This document shows positions 9,936-19,411 of a stretch of 64,000 nucleotides of DNA, in pieces. A program made the translations under genes and the position numbers. Under the pieces are notes generated by a model. That model did not search any database, had not been told where the DNA came from, and saw only the letters and a list, made by a program, of their open reading frames with translations. Each line of letters begins with the position of its first letter. Position 1 is the stretch's first letter. This DNA is from Bacteroidales bacterium UBA4772 (GTDB lineage Bacteria; Bacteroidota; Bacteroidia; Bacteroidales; VadinHA17): the NCBI GenBank assembly GCA_002403305.1, contig DHHM01000007.1, positions 1,446 to 65,445 on the forward strand, in the 5' to 3' direction.

Positions 9936-10772
9936 TTACTTATCAGGACACTCCTCAAAGCTCTTCCGGTATTGCTCAATGGCCCTCTGGCTCATTCCCA
10001 TACTCGAGAAGCCGCCGTCGTTGAAGATGTTCTGCATGGTAACCTTACGGGTAAGATCAGAGAAGAGTGTGATGCAAACATCGGCACAGTCGGAGGCATC
10101 AGCGTTGCCCAGCGGTGACATCCTTTCGGAGAAGTCGACCAGCGAGTCAAAACCCGAAATACCGGCCCCGGCGGTAGTGGCCGTTGGCGACTGCGATATT
10201 GTATTCACTCTCACATGCCTCTCTTTTCCGTAGATATAACCGAAGCTTCTTGCTATGGACTCCAGCAGTGCCTTGGCGTCACCCATGTCGTTGTAGCCTG
10301 CCAGGGTACGCTGGGCAGCCACGTAGGTGAGTGCCACCACGGAGCCCCATTCGGTGATGGCGTCAAGCCTGTAGGCTGTCTGCAATATGCGGTGAAAGCT
10401 GAGGGCGGAGATATCCAGTGTCTTCAGCATGTTTTCATAGTTGATCTCAGCATAGGGTATCCCCTTCCGCACGTTGGGCGACATGCCTATAGAGTGCAGC
10501 ACGAAGTCGATCTTCCCGCCGAAGTATTCCAGCGACCTGCCGAACAGCTCATTAAGCTCTTTCATGCTGGTGGCGTCGGCTGATATCACCTCGCTGCCGG
10601 TCTTCTCCGCCAGCTCCCCGATGGTGCCCATACGGATGGCCACAGGGGCGTTGGTCAGTACAAGGCGTGCTCCCTGGGCATGTGCCTTCTCCGCCACATG
10701 CCACGCGATGGATTTGTCATTCAGGGCCCCGAAGATTATTCCCCGCTTGCCCTCGAGCAGATTGGTGATCAT
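9936..10772 (-). CDS. fabI: Enoyl-ACP reductase
   Basis: LLEGKRGIIFGALNDKSIAW, LHSIGMS, YNDMGDAKALLES, VTMQNIFNDGGFS. Confidence 0.93.
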   Translation of the reverse strand: MITNLLEGKRGIIFGALNDKSIAWHVAEKAHAQGARLVLTNAPVAIRMGTIGELAEKTGSEVISADATSMKELNELFGRSLEYFGGKIDFVLHSIGMSPNVRKGIPYAEINYENMLKTLDISALSFHRILQTAYRLDAITEWGSVVALTYVAAQRTLAGYNDMGDAKALLESIARSFGYIYGKERHVRVNTISQSPTATTAGAGISGFDSLVDFSERMSPLGNADASDCADVCITLFSDLTRKVTMQNIFNDGGFSSMGMSQRAIEQYRKSFEECPDK

Positions 10773-10805
10773 GATAAGTTTGATTTAATTGTTTACTTAA
10801 AACCG

Positions 10806-12464
10806 TTATTTGTTTCCGAGGAGCTCCCGGGCATTGTGCACCGCTGCTTCTGTGACCGTGCTTCCGCTGAGCAGCCTGGCAATCTCCCGTATCCTCTCTT
10901 CGGTATTCAACAACCTGACACGGGTAATTGTTGAGTGGTCACTCTCTTCCTTGTAGACATGATAGTGCAGACTGCCCCTCGAGGCCACCTGCGGCAGATG
11001 GGTTATGTTGATGACCTGCATGCTCCTGCCCATCTCCTCAAGTATGTCTCCGACCATGGAAGCCACCTCACCCGAGACCCCCGAATCTATTTCGTCAAAG
11101 ATTATGGCAGGTAATCCGGAGCTGCTTGCCAGAACCGACTTGAGGCATAGCATCAATCTCGACAGCTCTCCGCCGGAGGCACAGCGTGACAGCTCTTCCG
11201 GTGCAACCTGCCTGTTGGCGCTGAACATGAACTCAGCCTTCTCCAGTCCCGACGGTCCGGGCATATCCGACGGGAGGAGATCTGTCTCAAAGCGTGCGTG
11301 AGGCATCCCCAGTTTCCTCAACATGGCGGTGATCTCACGGGTGAAAGGACCAACTGCCTCACGTCTGGCGGCTGAGAGCCGGCCGGCCATCTCTGCTACG
11401 GCAGCATAGGCTTCATCAGCACTCTTCTTAAGGCCAGTGATACGTTCATCAACGCCGGCGGTCAATGACACCTTTTCTGCTATCTGCTCCTGTCGTGCCA
11501 GCAGCTCGCCGAGGTCCCTGCACCTGTGCTTCTGCAGGAGAGACCAGATCGTATCCAGCCTCGCGGTCACCTGCTCTAGCCTGCCCGGGTCATCTGCTGT
11601 GTTGCTGTTCAGTTTCTCAGCCTCGTATGATATGTCATTGAGATCAATAAGCTGGGTGTCAATCCGCTTCTCCAGGACGGCAGCCCCTGGCAGCCATCCC
11701 GATATCTTCGCCAGGCTGTTGCGTACCGTCCTCAGCAGAGAGTGAGCCGAGGGGCCGTCACCCGACAGTGCCGTGGTGACAGTCATCAGGGCTTCCTTTA
11801 TCTCTCCTGCATTGGTGAGCCTCTCCTGCTCCTGCTCCAGTGCCTCCTGCTCACCTTCCGTGAGCCTGGCAGCCTGCAGTTCCTCAAGCTGATGGGAGTA
11901 GTAGTCATAGTCAGCCCTCTCCCTCTCTGCATCACCTGCAGCATCATCATAAGCACGCTTTGCCCTGAGATAAAAGCCCCATGCATTACGGTACTCCCCG
12001 GAGAGAGTCGCAGCACCGGCATAGGCATCAATGACGCGCAACTGGAACATACTGTTACCGAGCAGCAGGGTCTGATGCTGTGAGTGAATGTCTATGAGCC
12101 TGGTACCAAGCTCTTTCATCACATTCAGAGTCACAGGGGTATCATTGATGAAAGCCCTCGACTTGCCGGCAGGAGTTATCTCGCGTCGCAGTATCGCATC
12201 GTCCTCATAATCAACATCGCTCTCCGCGAAGAGAGTCTCCAGATCATATCCCCTGATGTCGAAGTCAGCCTCCACGATGCACTTCTCATCCTGGCTCAGC
12301 AGCACCGACGTGTCAGCCCTCTCACCCAGCGCCAGCCCCAGTGCTCCCAGGAGAATCGACTTGCCGGCCCCGGTCTCGCCGGTAATAACGGTAAAACCCT
12401 CACCGAAGCCCATGTCAAGCTCCCGGATGATGGCATAGTTTTTAACTGTCAGTCTGCGAAGCAT
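10806..12464 (-). CDS. recN: DNA repair protein RecN
   Basis: ITGETGAGKS Walker A, ASGGELSRLML signature, IFDEIDSGVSG, ITHLPQVA. Confidence 0.97.
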   Translation of the reverse strand: MLRRLTVKNYAIIRELDMGFGEGFTVITGETGAGKSILLGALGLALGERADTSVLLSQDEKCIVEADFDIRGYDLETLFAESDVDYEDDAILRREITPAGKSRAFINDTPVTLNVMKELGTRLIDIHSQHQTLLLGNSMFQLRVIDAYAGAATLSGEYRNAWGFYLRAKRAYDDAAGDAERERADYDYYSHQLEELQAARLTEGEQEALEQEQERLTNAGEIKEALMTVTTALSGDGPSAHSLLRTVRNSLAKISGWLPGAAVLEKRIDTQLIDLNDISYEAEKLNSNTADDPGRLEQVTARLDTIWSLLQKHRCRDLGELLARQEQIAEKVSLTAGVDERITGLKKSADEAYAAVAEMAGRLSAARREAVGPFTREITAMLRKLGMPHARFETDLLPSDMPGPSGLEKAEFMFSANRQVAPEELSRCASGGELSRLMLCLKSVLASSSGLPAIIFDEIDSGVSGEVASMVGDILEEMGRSMQVINITHLPQVASRGSLHYHVYKEESDHSTITRVRLLNTEERIREIARLLSGSTVTEAAVHNARELLGNK

Positions 12465-12474
12465 GATCAGTCCG

Positions 12475-13407
12475 TTAACCCGATGGGGTGAGAATCTTCT
12501 GGTATTTTGAATCGTTGGCCGGATCTATCTCGGTAAGTATCTGCACAACCCGGTTCTTCTCCTCGGGGAAGGCCTGGGAGAAGATATTGACGATCTCATC
12601 GGCCTTGGCATCCAGGATAATAGTCATATAATACATGAAGGGATCGGGACGGCGGCGATAGACCTCCTGCAACTGCCTGAGGCTCTCATATATCTCTGTA
12701 CGGGCCCTGGTGATGTCTGACTCCAGGCGGTCCATTCCCCTGATATGATAAAGGTAAACGAACTGCCTGACACCTGAATACTCACTGTCAAGTATGTTCT
12801 TTACAAGCCAGTAACGGTTCCTGTTACGTGATCCGTCATAGGGCTTCCACCCTGCCTCCGGTGCATTCTGTGCATTGGTAACGATCTTTTCCGCGATCTG
12901 AAAATATGGCGTGCCGCCATTGGGCGAAAAAGTATCGAAGTCCATACCTATCAGGAGGTAGGCATAATATGCAAGGACTGATACGAGGTTGCTGGTGTGG
13001 CTGTTGGGATTGAACTCAATCGGTTGAAATTCAACATACCTGAACTGAAAATTGTTGTCGACGAAGTTCAGGACGGTCGATTCGTAGGTGGTGTTGAAGA
13101 CCGGGCGGCGAAGCTGTACCTGCAGCGTGCCCCTAAACTCATCAGCGGAGAGCTGCTCATCAAGGTTAATAAGAATATTACACTCAATCCTCTCAGAAAA
13201 GCTGAAGAGATTGTCGGTCCAGACCATGCTGTTCATGAACTCATATATGTCGCGCTGCATGCTCTGGAAGACCTCCCTGTTCGAGCCCTGGATCTTCTGT
13301 GCCGAGACCTGCACATTGCAGTACAGCTCCTGCGAAATCACGCTGGTCACGGCGAACAGCATGGCAACAGCCGTTAAGAAAATCCTTCTTCTGATGTTCT
13401 GAGACAT
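12475..13407 (-). CDS. DUF4835 family secreted protein
   Basis: Signal peptide then QELYCNVQV; SERIECN, LAYYAYLLIGMDFDTFS; usual position between coaBC and recN in Bacteroidota. Confidence 0.8.
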   Translation of the reverse strand: MSQNIRRRIFLTAVAMLFAVTSVISQELYCNVQVSAQKIQGSNREVFQSMQRDIYEFMNSMVWTDNLFSFSERIECNILINLDEQLSADEFRGTLQVQLRRPVFNTTYESTVLNFVDNNFQFRYVEFQPIEFNPNSHTSNLVSVLAYYAYLLIGMDFDTFSPNGGTPYFQIAEKIVTNAQNAPEAGWKPYDGSRNRNRYWLVKNILDSEYSGVRQFVYLYHIRGMDRLESDITRARTEIYESLRQLQEVYRRRPDPFMYYMTIILDAKADEIVNIFSQAFPEEKNRVVQILTEIDPANDSKYQKILTPSG

Positions 13408-13413
13408 TTGGTA

Positions 13414-14625
13414 TCAGCCTGTCAAAGAGATGATTCTGCGCAGTATATCTGATGCAACCTCACCCTTTGATTTCAACTCAAATTTATCAATATTATTGTT
13501 ACTGTCAATGATGGTGATCCTGTTGGTGTCATAGCCGAACCCCGCCCCTTCATCCCTGAGTGAATTGAGGATGATCATGTCAAGATTCTTGCGTTTCAGC
13601 TTACCCATGGCATTTGCTGTCTCATTGTCAGTCTCCAGGGCAAAGCCTGCGAGGAACTGGCCACTCTTCTTTACAGTGCCGAGATAAGCCGCTATGTCCT
13701 GCGTGGGCTTCAGCCTGATGACCATCTCCCCCTCGCCTCTCTTGATCTTAGTTCCAAAGGTCGTTTCAGGGGTGAAATCAGCCACGGCAGCAGCCAGGAT
13801 AGCGATGTCACAATCACGGAAGGCAATGACGGAGGCCTCCTCCATCTCTGCTGCTGTTCTCACAGCGACGGTTTTTACATCAGGGTGTGCCGGCGACAGG
13901 TTCACCGGACCCAGCACCAGCGTCACCTCCGCCCCCAGTGCTGCAGCCTCATCGGCGAGGGCAATGCCCATACGGCCTGATGAGTGGTTGCTGATAAAAC
14001 GAACGGGATCAATGGGTTCTGCCGTGGGACCGGCATTGATGAATACCTTTTTGCCCCTGAGAGGCAGTTCAGTTATTTTTTTTTTTGAGAGAAACGTTTC
14101 GATCTCCCTGACAATAATTTCCGGCTCACTCATGCGGCCCTTACCGTCCAGTCCGCTGGCCAGCTCACCGGCGTCGGGCCCTATAACATAATGTCCGAAT
14201 GACCTCAGGATCTCAATGTTTCTCTCCGTTGCCGGATGGTTGAGCATGTCGAGATCCATGGCCGGGGCCAGGAAGACAGGACATCGTGCGGAGAGAAGAG
14301 TTGTCAGCAGCAGGTTGTCAGCTATGCCGGCTGCCATCTTACCCATAGTGTTGGCTGTGGCGGGAGCTACAAGGAAGAGGTCGGCCCATATGCCGAGATC
14401 AATGTGACTGTTCCATCGTCCGTCCTCCGGATCAAAGAAATCAACCAGGACAGGATTTTTGGAGAGGGTGGCCAGCGTCAGGGGGGTGATGAACTCTTTG
14501 GCCAGAGGAGTCATGATAACCTTCACCTCCGCTCCTTCCTTAACGAGCAAACGGACGATGGCAGCGGCCTTGTAGGCGGCAATGCCACCGGTGACACCCA
14601 GGAGTATCTTTCTGCCTTTCAGCAT
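13414..14625 (-). CDS. coaBC: Bifunctional phosphopantothenoylcysteine decarboxylase / phosphopantothenate-cysteine ligase
   Basis: GVTGGIAAYK, VAPATANT, PAM; DPVRFISNHSSGRMG, AAAVADF, GFALET. Confidence 0.97.
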   Translation of the reverse strand: MLKGRKILLGVTGGIAAYKAAAIVRLLVKEGAEVKVIMTPLAKEFITPLTLATLSKNPVLVDFFDPEDGRWNSHIDLGIWADLFLVAPATANTMGKMAAGIADNLLLTTLLSARCPVFLAPAMDLDMLNHPATERNIEILRSFGHYVIGPDAGELASGLDGKGRMSEPEIIVREIETFLSKKKITELPLRGKKVFINAGPTAEPIDPVRFISNHSSGRMGIALADEAAALGAEVTLVLGPVNLSPAHPDVKTVAVRTAAEMEEASVIAFRDCDIAILAAAVADFTPETTFGTKIKRGEGEMVIRLKPTQDIAAYLGTVKKSGQFLAGFALETDNETANAMGKLKRKNLDMIILNSLRDEGAGFGYDTNRITIIDSNNNIDKFELKSKGEVASDILRRIISLTG

Positions 14626-14633
14626 GAGGTTAG

Positions 14634-14969
14634 TTACTTCTTCTGCTTCTGATCCTTGTCGGGATTGCGGTAATAGATCTTATCCTCCTCGAACTCTGCC
14701 AGGGCGATGAGTGTAGGCTTGGGCAGCCTTTCGTAGAATTTCGAGATCTCTATCTGCTCCCTGTTCTCAAAAACCTCCTCGAGGTTGTCATTGAACGAGG
14801 CAAACTCCTCGAGCTTGGAGTTCAGCTCCTGCTTCATCTCCACGCTGATCTGGTTGGCCCGGCGGGTAGCAATGATAACGCTCTCGTAAATGTTCCCCGT
14901 TTCACTGTCAAACTTGTTCACATCCCTTGTAATGGTAGTGTACGATGCTGATGTCTTCTTATAATCCAT
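14634..14969 (-). CDS. rpoZ: DNA-directed RNA polymerase subunit omega (Bacteroidota type)
   Basis: TGNIYESVIIATRRANQI...FENREQIEISKFYERLPKPT; bamD-rpoZ-coaBC synteny. Confidence 0.9.
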   Translation of the reverse strand: MDYKKTSASYTTITRDVNKFDSETGNIYESVIIATRRANQISVEMKQELNSKLEEFASFNDNLEEVFENREQIEISKFYERLPKPTLIALAEFEEDKIYYRNPDKDQKQKK

Positions 14970-14985
14970 AGTTATGTTGCTGTTG

Positions 14986-15804
14986 TCAGTTACTTTCTGT
15001 CTGCGGAAGCGACGTATCCACCTTCAGGAATCTTGCCGTCGTGTTGAATATTTTCGCCACCTCCCTGGAGTACTTGCTCTCAGGAAACTCTTCAATAAAG
15101 GAATAATACTCGTCGAGCGTAGTCTGATAACGCTCAACCTGTTTCTCCGAAACGCTCCTCTCAGCATAGAGGAACAGCGCGTCAAGCTTCAGATACATCA
15201 GCTCCTCGCGGTACTTTGTGTCAGGATACTCCTTGAGGCTGTTGGCCAGCGAGACTGTGGCAGCACGATACTGTTTCAGGTCATAGTAGAGCCTGGCACT
15301 CAGATATGACTTCTCCACCAGCTTCTCCTGAAGCTCCTGTATCCTTGCCCTGGAGTCGTCAATCCGCGTGCTGGTCGGATACCTCTGAATGAAAATTGTA
15401 AAACTCTCTATCGCCTTCCTGGTATTGGTCTGGTCCAGTTCGGGCCTGGGGCTCATGTAATAGTCACAGAGCGCTGAGAGATAGGCGGCCTCCTCCGCAT
15501 TGTTGCTTCCCGGATAGGTGTCGGCAAAATTCTGGTAATAGGTGCCGGCCATCATGTAATCACGGATCCTGAAGTGAGCCTGCGCATTGATCCAGTTGAG
15601 CTGCTCTGCCTCTTCCGTGGCCCTGAACCTGGGCATTATCTGGGTAAGAAGCTCGATGGACCTTGTGTATTTGCCGTCGTCAAAATAGTCATAGACCTTC
15701 TGCTTCTTGAGCTCATAGTCGCTGCTCTTGAGAAGTTTTTCATACTCACCGCACGATGTGACGGCAAGCGCCATAATGATAAATATTAAAGGCCTGATCC
15801 TCAT
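14986..15804 (-). CDS. bamD: Outer membrane protein assembly factor BamD
   Basis: Lipobox VTSC, YEKLLKSSD, TPR repeats, SPRPELDQTNT. Confidence 0.92.
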   Translation of the reverse strand: MRIRPLIFIIMALAVTSCGEYEKLLKSSDYELKKQKVYDYFDDGKYTRSIELLTQIMPRFRATEEAEQLNWINAQAHFRIRDYMMAGTYYQNFADTYPGSNNAEEAAYLSALCDYYMSPRPELDQTNTRKAIESFTIFIQRYPTSTRIDDSRARIQELQEKLVEKSYLSARLYYDLKQYRAATVSLANSLKEYPDTKYREELMYLKLDALFLYAERSVSEKQVERYQTTLDEYYSFIEEFPESKYSREVAKIFNTTARFLKVDTSLPQTESN

Positions 15805-15820
15805 AACCGGAAATGTTGCG

Positions 15821-15828
15821 CAAAATTA
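15821..15828 (-). promoter_or_regulatory. -7 box (TAATTTTG) for bamD operon
   Basis: Exact TAnnTTTG 16 nt upstream of ATG. Confidence 0.65.
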
Positions 15829-15958
15829 CTCTTTTTTTTCATTCATAGTCCCACCACGATGCAAAAGTGCTCATTTAAAAGGTGAGAAATGGTTAAAGGA
15901 GTGTTAATTTACCGACATAAATGGGTATAAATAGGTACTCCAGCTGATTAATGTTTTA

Positions 15959-15966
15959 TAATTTTG
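15959..15966 (+). promoter_or_regulatory. -7 box (TAATTTTG) for the PLP-dependent acyltransferase gene
   Basis: Exact TAnnTTTG 25 nt upstream of GTG start. Confidence 0.65.
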
Positions 15967-15991
15967 CGGACATTAATCAAAAATAACAGAC

Positions 15992-17236
15992 GTGGACATT
16001 TTCGACAAGATCAGAAGGAACCGTGGTGAACTGGGACAATACCAGGAACTGGCTGACGGATATTTCATGTTTCCGAAGCTGGAAGGTGAGATAGGCCCCA
16101 GGATGAAATTCATGGGCAGGGAGGTGCTGAACTGGAGCCTCAACAATTATCTCGGGCTTGCCAATCACCCCGAGGTCAGGAAGGTTGATGCCGAGGCGGC
16201 CGCGCAGTATGGCCTGGCATACCCCATGGGGGCCCGCATGATGTCGGGACAGACAACCATGCATGAGAAATTTGAAAGCATGGCCGCTGAATTCGTCGGC
16301 AAGGAGGCTGCCTACCTTCTGAACTACGGGTACCAGGGAATGGTGTCAATAATTGACGCACTGGTCGGAAGAAAAGATGTGATAGTGTATGACTCGGAGT
16401 CGCACGCCTGTATCATGGACGGGCTCAGGATGGTGTTTGCCAGGCGGTTCGTCTTTCCCCACAATGACATGGAGGGATTTGAAAAACAGCTTGAGCATGC
16501 GCAAAAGATAGTCAGTGAGACCGGGGGAGGTATACTGGTTATCACCGAGGGTGTCTTCGGCATGGCGGGTGACCTTGGTGCCCTCGACAAAATAGTGCCA
16601 TTCAAGAAGAAATACAACTTCCGCCTCCTGGTGGATGACGCCCACGGCATAGGTACCATGGGAAAAACAGGTGCAGGCACCGGTGAGCATTTCGGTGTTC
16701 AGAAAGATATTGATGTTTACTTTGGAACCTTCGCGAAGAGCTTTGCAGGAATAGGCGGCTTCGTCGCCGGAGACAAGGATGTCATCAGCTACCTCAGGTT
16801 CAACCTCCGTTCACAGATCTATGCCAAGGCACTGCCGATGGCGATGACACTGGGAGCCATCAAACGGCTGGAGCTGATAAGGGACCATCCCGAACTGCGC
16901 GAAAAACTGTGGACCATCGCAAGGGCACTGCAGAAAGGATTCAGGGAGGCAGGCTTTGACCTTGGCAGGACAGAATCTCCGGTAACGCCCGTGTTCCTGA
17001 AGGGAGGCATACCGCAGGCGACACAGATAATCAAGGATTTGAGACAGAACTATGGCATCTTCTGCTCAGTGGTGATATACCCGGTGGTTCCGAAGGGTGT
17101 CATCATGCTCCGTATCATCCCCACCGCCGCCCATACCCTGGATGACGTAAACTATACCGTGAATGCCTTTAAAGAGGTCAAGAAGAAACTTGAGACTAAC
17201 GCCTACCCTGACGAGATGGCCGATTTCAGAAGCTGA
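15992..17236 (+). CDS. PLP-dependent alpha-oxoamine synthase family enzyme, probable cysteate acyl-ACP transferase (SulA/CapB-like)
   Basis: NNYLGLANHP, ESHACIMDG, EGVFGMAGD, DDAHG, GTFAKS (PLP Lys); GYFMFPKLEGEIGP N-terminus and SQIYAKALP resemble sulfonolipid synthases as I recall them. Confidence 0.75.
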   Translation: MDIFDKIRRNRGELGQYQELADGYFMFPKLEGEIGPRMKFMGREVLNWSLNNYLGLANHPEVRKVDAEAAAQYGLAYPMGARMMSGQTTMHEKFESMAAEFVGKEAAYLLNYGYQGMVSIIDALVGRKDVIVYDSESHACIMDGLRMVFARRFVFPHNDMEGFEKQLEHAQKIVSETGGGILVITEGVFGMAGDLGALDKIVPFKKKYNFRLLVDDAHGIGTMGKTGAGTGEHFGVQKDIDVYFGTFAKSFAGIGGFVAGDKDVISYLRFNLRSQIYAKALPMAMTLGAIKRLELIRDHPELREKLWTIARALQKGFREAGFDLGRTESPVTPVFLKGGIPQATQIIKDLRQNYGIFCSVVIYPVVPKGVIMLRIIPTAAHTLDDVNYTVNAFKEVKKKLETNAYPDEMADFRS

Positions 17237-17243
17237 CAGCAGT

Positions 17244-19184
17244 TTACTGTCTGTCTTCAAAATCATCTATTGACAGGAAGGAGTACTGGTACTCCATAGG
17301 CAGTATCTTTGCATATTCCTCAACCGGACTCCCCTCAAGGCATGCCTTTATTATCTTTCGGCCGAGCGGCAGCAGGTCAGAGTCGAGGAAACCCTGAAGC
17401 TCTTTTCTGAAAAAATCCTGCAGTATGACTGCTCCTGCATCATAGCCCTCTTCTCCTACCTCTGCCTGCCGGTAGACCTTCAGGAACCGCGTGGGGATGG
17501 GAGACCCTTCAATAGTAAGATAGTTGAGTTCATAGCCCAGTAACGGGCAGCGGGCGGTCCTCAGTTGGTCAGACCTCAGCTTTGCATTGCCACGCCGGGT
17601 AAGATACTCACGCATCAGTAGCTGTGGCCTGAATCCAACCTTCCACGCACCTATATGCTGGTTGGGCGTAAGGGTATAACGGACCCGGGGAGTATTAACT
17701 ATCTGCTCCAGAAGAAGGTTGGCATGCCTCACCCTCTTTCCTGTGGCGAACGGCCAATATGATCCTACCCCTTCGCTCTCAAGATCACCCCCGCTGATAA
17801 TACTTGGATTGGCATACCCCCGCGGACTGACAAGGCGCCATAGCCATGCCAGTGCAGGGGGCAGAATATGAAACAGTCCGGCAATGCCATAGGAGGGTAA
17901 TTCTGCTGTACAGGCCGGCATCCTTACCCCGAAGTTACGCACGTCAACGGTCACCGGCCTGTTGAAGATCCCGGGAACAATACTCCGGGGCAGCACAACC
18001 CTGGGGTTGGGACAACGCCTTCCGGGAGCATCCTCTGAGTGATTCCAGATGAGAGCGGTACCGTCAGGCCTGGTGTCCAGGTTCAGGAAGAGCAACGATT
18101 CTCCGGGATCTATTGTTATCTTTTCAAGAAACGGATCATCACCGTATCCTTTAACTCCGTCAACGCGTATGAACCAGGCGTTCTCCGCGTCGGCCACGGT
18201 GAGCTTACCGTTGCTGGTCTGGTAAGAAGGGTGGCACAGGGCCATATCATCAGTGGCCGGATTGAATGAGCAGAAGAGAGGTATGGAGATAACCCTCCTT
18301 TCACCTGTGACTATGTTCTCTCCAATAACAATCTGGCCATTGGGCTCACGCACGAGATTCTGTATCATCTCACTCTTACCTCCCCCGCTCGCACCTTCAT
18401 GCATGAAGGTGGTGATGTTGTCATACGGACTCACCGCCTGCACCGTCGAGCAGTGTGTTGTCAGCCAGCCCTCCTCCTCGCCCTTATCGAGAAGGACGCT
18501 GTAAAAACCTTTCTTGGCACTCGGTCCGGGATAGAGGTTATAGGCAAACATCTCGTGGAGACCATCACGCCTGTTATGCACCACAACCTGCCTGCCATCG
18601 AAATGTGTGTGCCTGAAGGGCGGAGCTACATATACGACGGATTCAACATTGAATCCCTCCGGAAGCTCATCAACAGACATTATCTTCTGAAGCAGGGAGA
18701 GACCGAAGGCAAAGAACGAGGCGTTGAGAGGTGTCACCACCACACCTCCGGCACCTATGGGATAATTGCCTGCAAAGCACAGGAATATTCCCAGCTCACG
18801 CTTTCCAAGCCAATCAAATGTCTCATCCCTGAGCCTGCCGAACTCGTATCCGTAAATATCAGAAAATCTCTTTTTGTCAGTTGGCCGTTGGTCACCAATA
18901 AGCATTGTTTCCGGATCCCGCCTGCGCATGTACGGCTCGGTGTAGTTTGCTGACAGTCCGTTGGAGACCCGGTGCAGTATCACCTCTGTAACCTCACCCC
19001 TGCCGGGAATGTCGTACTTCACCTCGTAATAAAGATCATCCGTTCCACCTGTGGACTCAGACAGTATCTCTGCCGGATTATTGAAAAAAACAGCTTTCGG
19101 GGAACTGGCAGCCAGCACTCCAACCTCCGGGGGAAGTCTGACATCTCTCTTCTCTGCCAGGGCAATAGTCTCCAGTGCGTTCAT
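17244..19184 (-). CDS. DUF4914 family protein (PEPCK-like P-loop protein)
   Basis: NYTEPYMRRRDP, YNLYPGPSAKKG, HEGASGGGKSEM, DDMALCHP, CPNPRV; ATG 19184 preferred to TTG 19199. Confidence 0.8.
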   Translation of the reverse strand: MNALETIALAEKRDVRLPPEVGVLAASSPKAVFFNNPAEILSESTGGTDDLYYEVKYDIPGRGEVTEVILHRVSNGLSANYTEPYMRRRDPETMLIGDQRPTDKKRFSDIYGYEFGRLRDETFDWLGKRELGIFLCFAGNYPIGAGGVVVTPLNASFFAFGLSLLQKIMSVDELPEGFNVESVVYVAPPFRHTHFDGRQVVVHNRRDGLHEMFAYNLYPGPSAKKGFYSVLLDKGEEEGWLTTHCSTVQAVSPYDNITTFMHEGASGGGKSEMIQNLVREPNGQIVIGENIVTGERRVISIPLFCSFNPATDDMALCHPSYQTSNGKLTVADAENAWFIRVDGVKGYGDDPFLEKITIDPGESLLFLNLDTRPDGTALIWNHSEDAPGRRCPNPRVVLPRSIVPGIFNRPVTVDVRNFGVRMPACTAELPSYGIAGLFHILPPALAWLWRLVSPRGYANPSIISGGDLESEGVGSYWPFATGKRVRHANLLLEQIVNTPRVRYTLTPNQHIGAWKVGFRPQLLMREYLTRRGNAKLRSDQLRTARCPLLGYELNYLTIEGSPIPTRFLKVYRQAEVGEEGYDAGAVILQDFFRKELQGFLDSDLLPLGRKIIKACLEGSPVEEYAKILPMEYQYSFLSIDDFEDRQ

Positions 19185-19341
19185 ATGAATATTCTTCAAA
19201 TCAGTAAATCAACCTGTTATCTTATAAAGTATTGAAATTATAAACCCGTATCCTCCTTTTCAAAATTAGTGAATAGAAAGTGGGACCTCTCCTCCCCTGG
19301 CAGGTAAATATCAACATCTTTTAAGAAAAAGCTGATTTTTC

Positions 19342-19367
19342 TGTAATGTTTTTAATCCTTCTTCGTC
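19342..19367 (+). promoter_or_regulatory. Putative ECF sigma factor promoter TGTAAT-N16-CGTC
   Basis: -35/-10 pair with 16-nt spacer, 44 nt upstream of first DUF4252 gene in an ECF locus. Confidence 0.55.
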
Positions 19368-19411
19368 ATAAGGGTGAACAGTATTCATTAAAATCCTAAA
19401 AACGGACAGTC

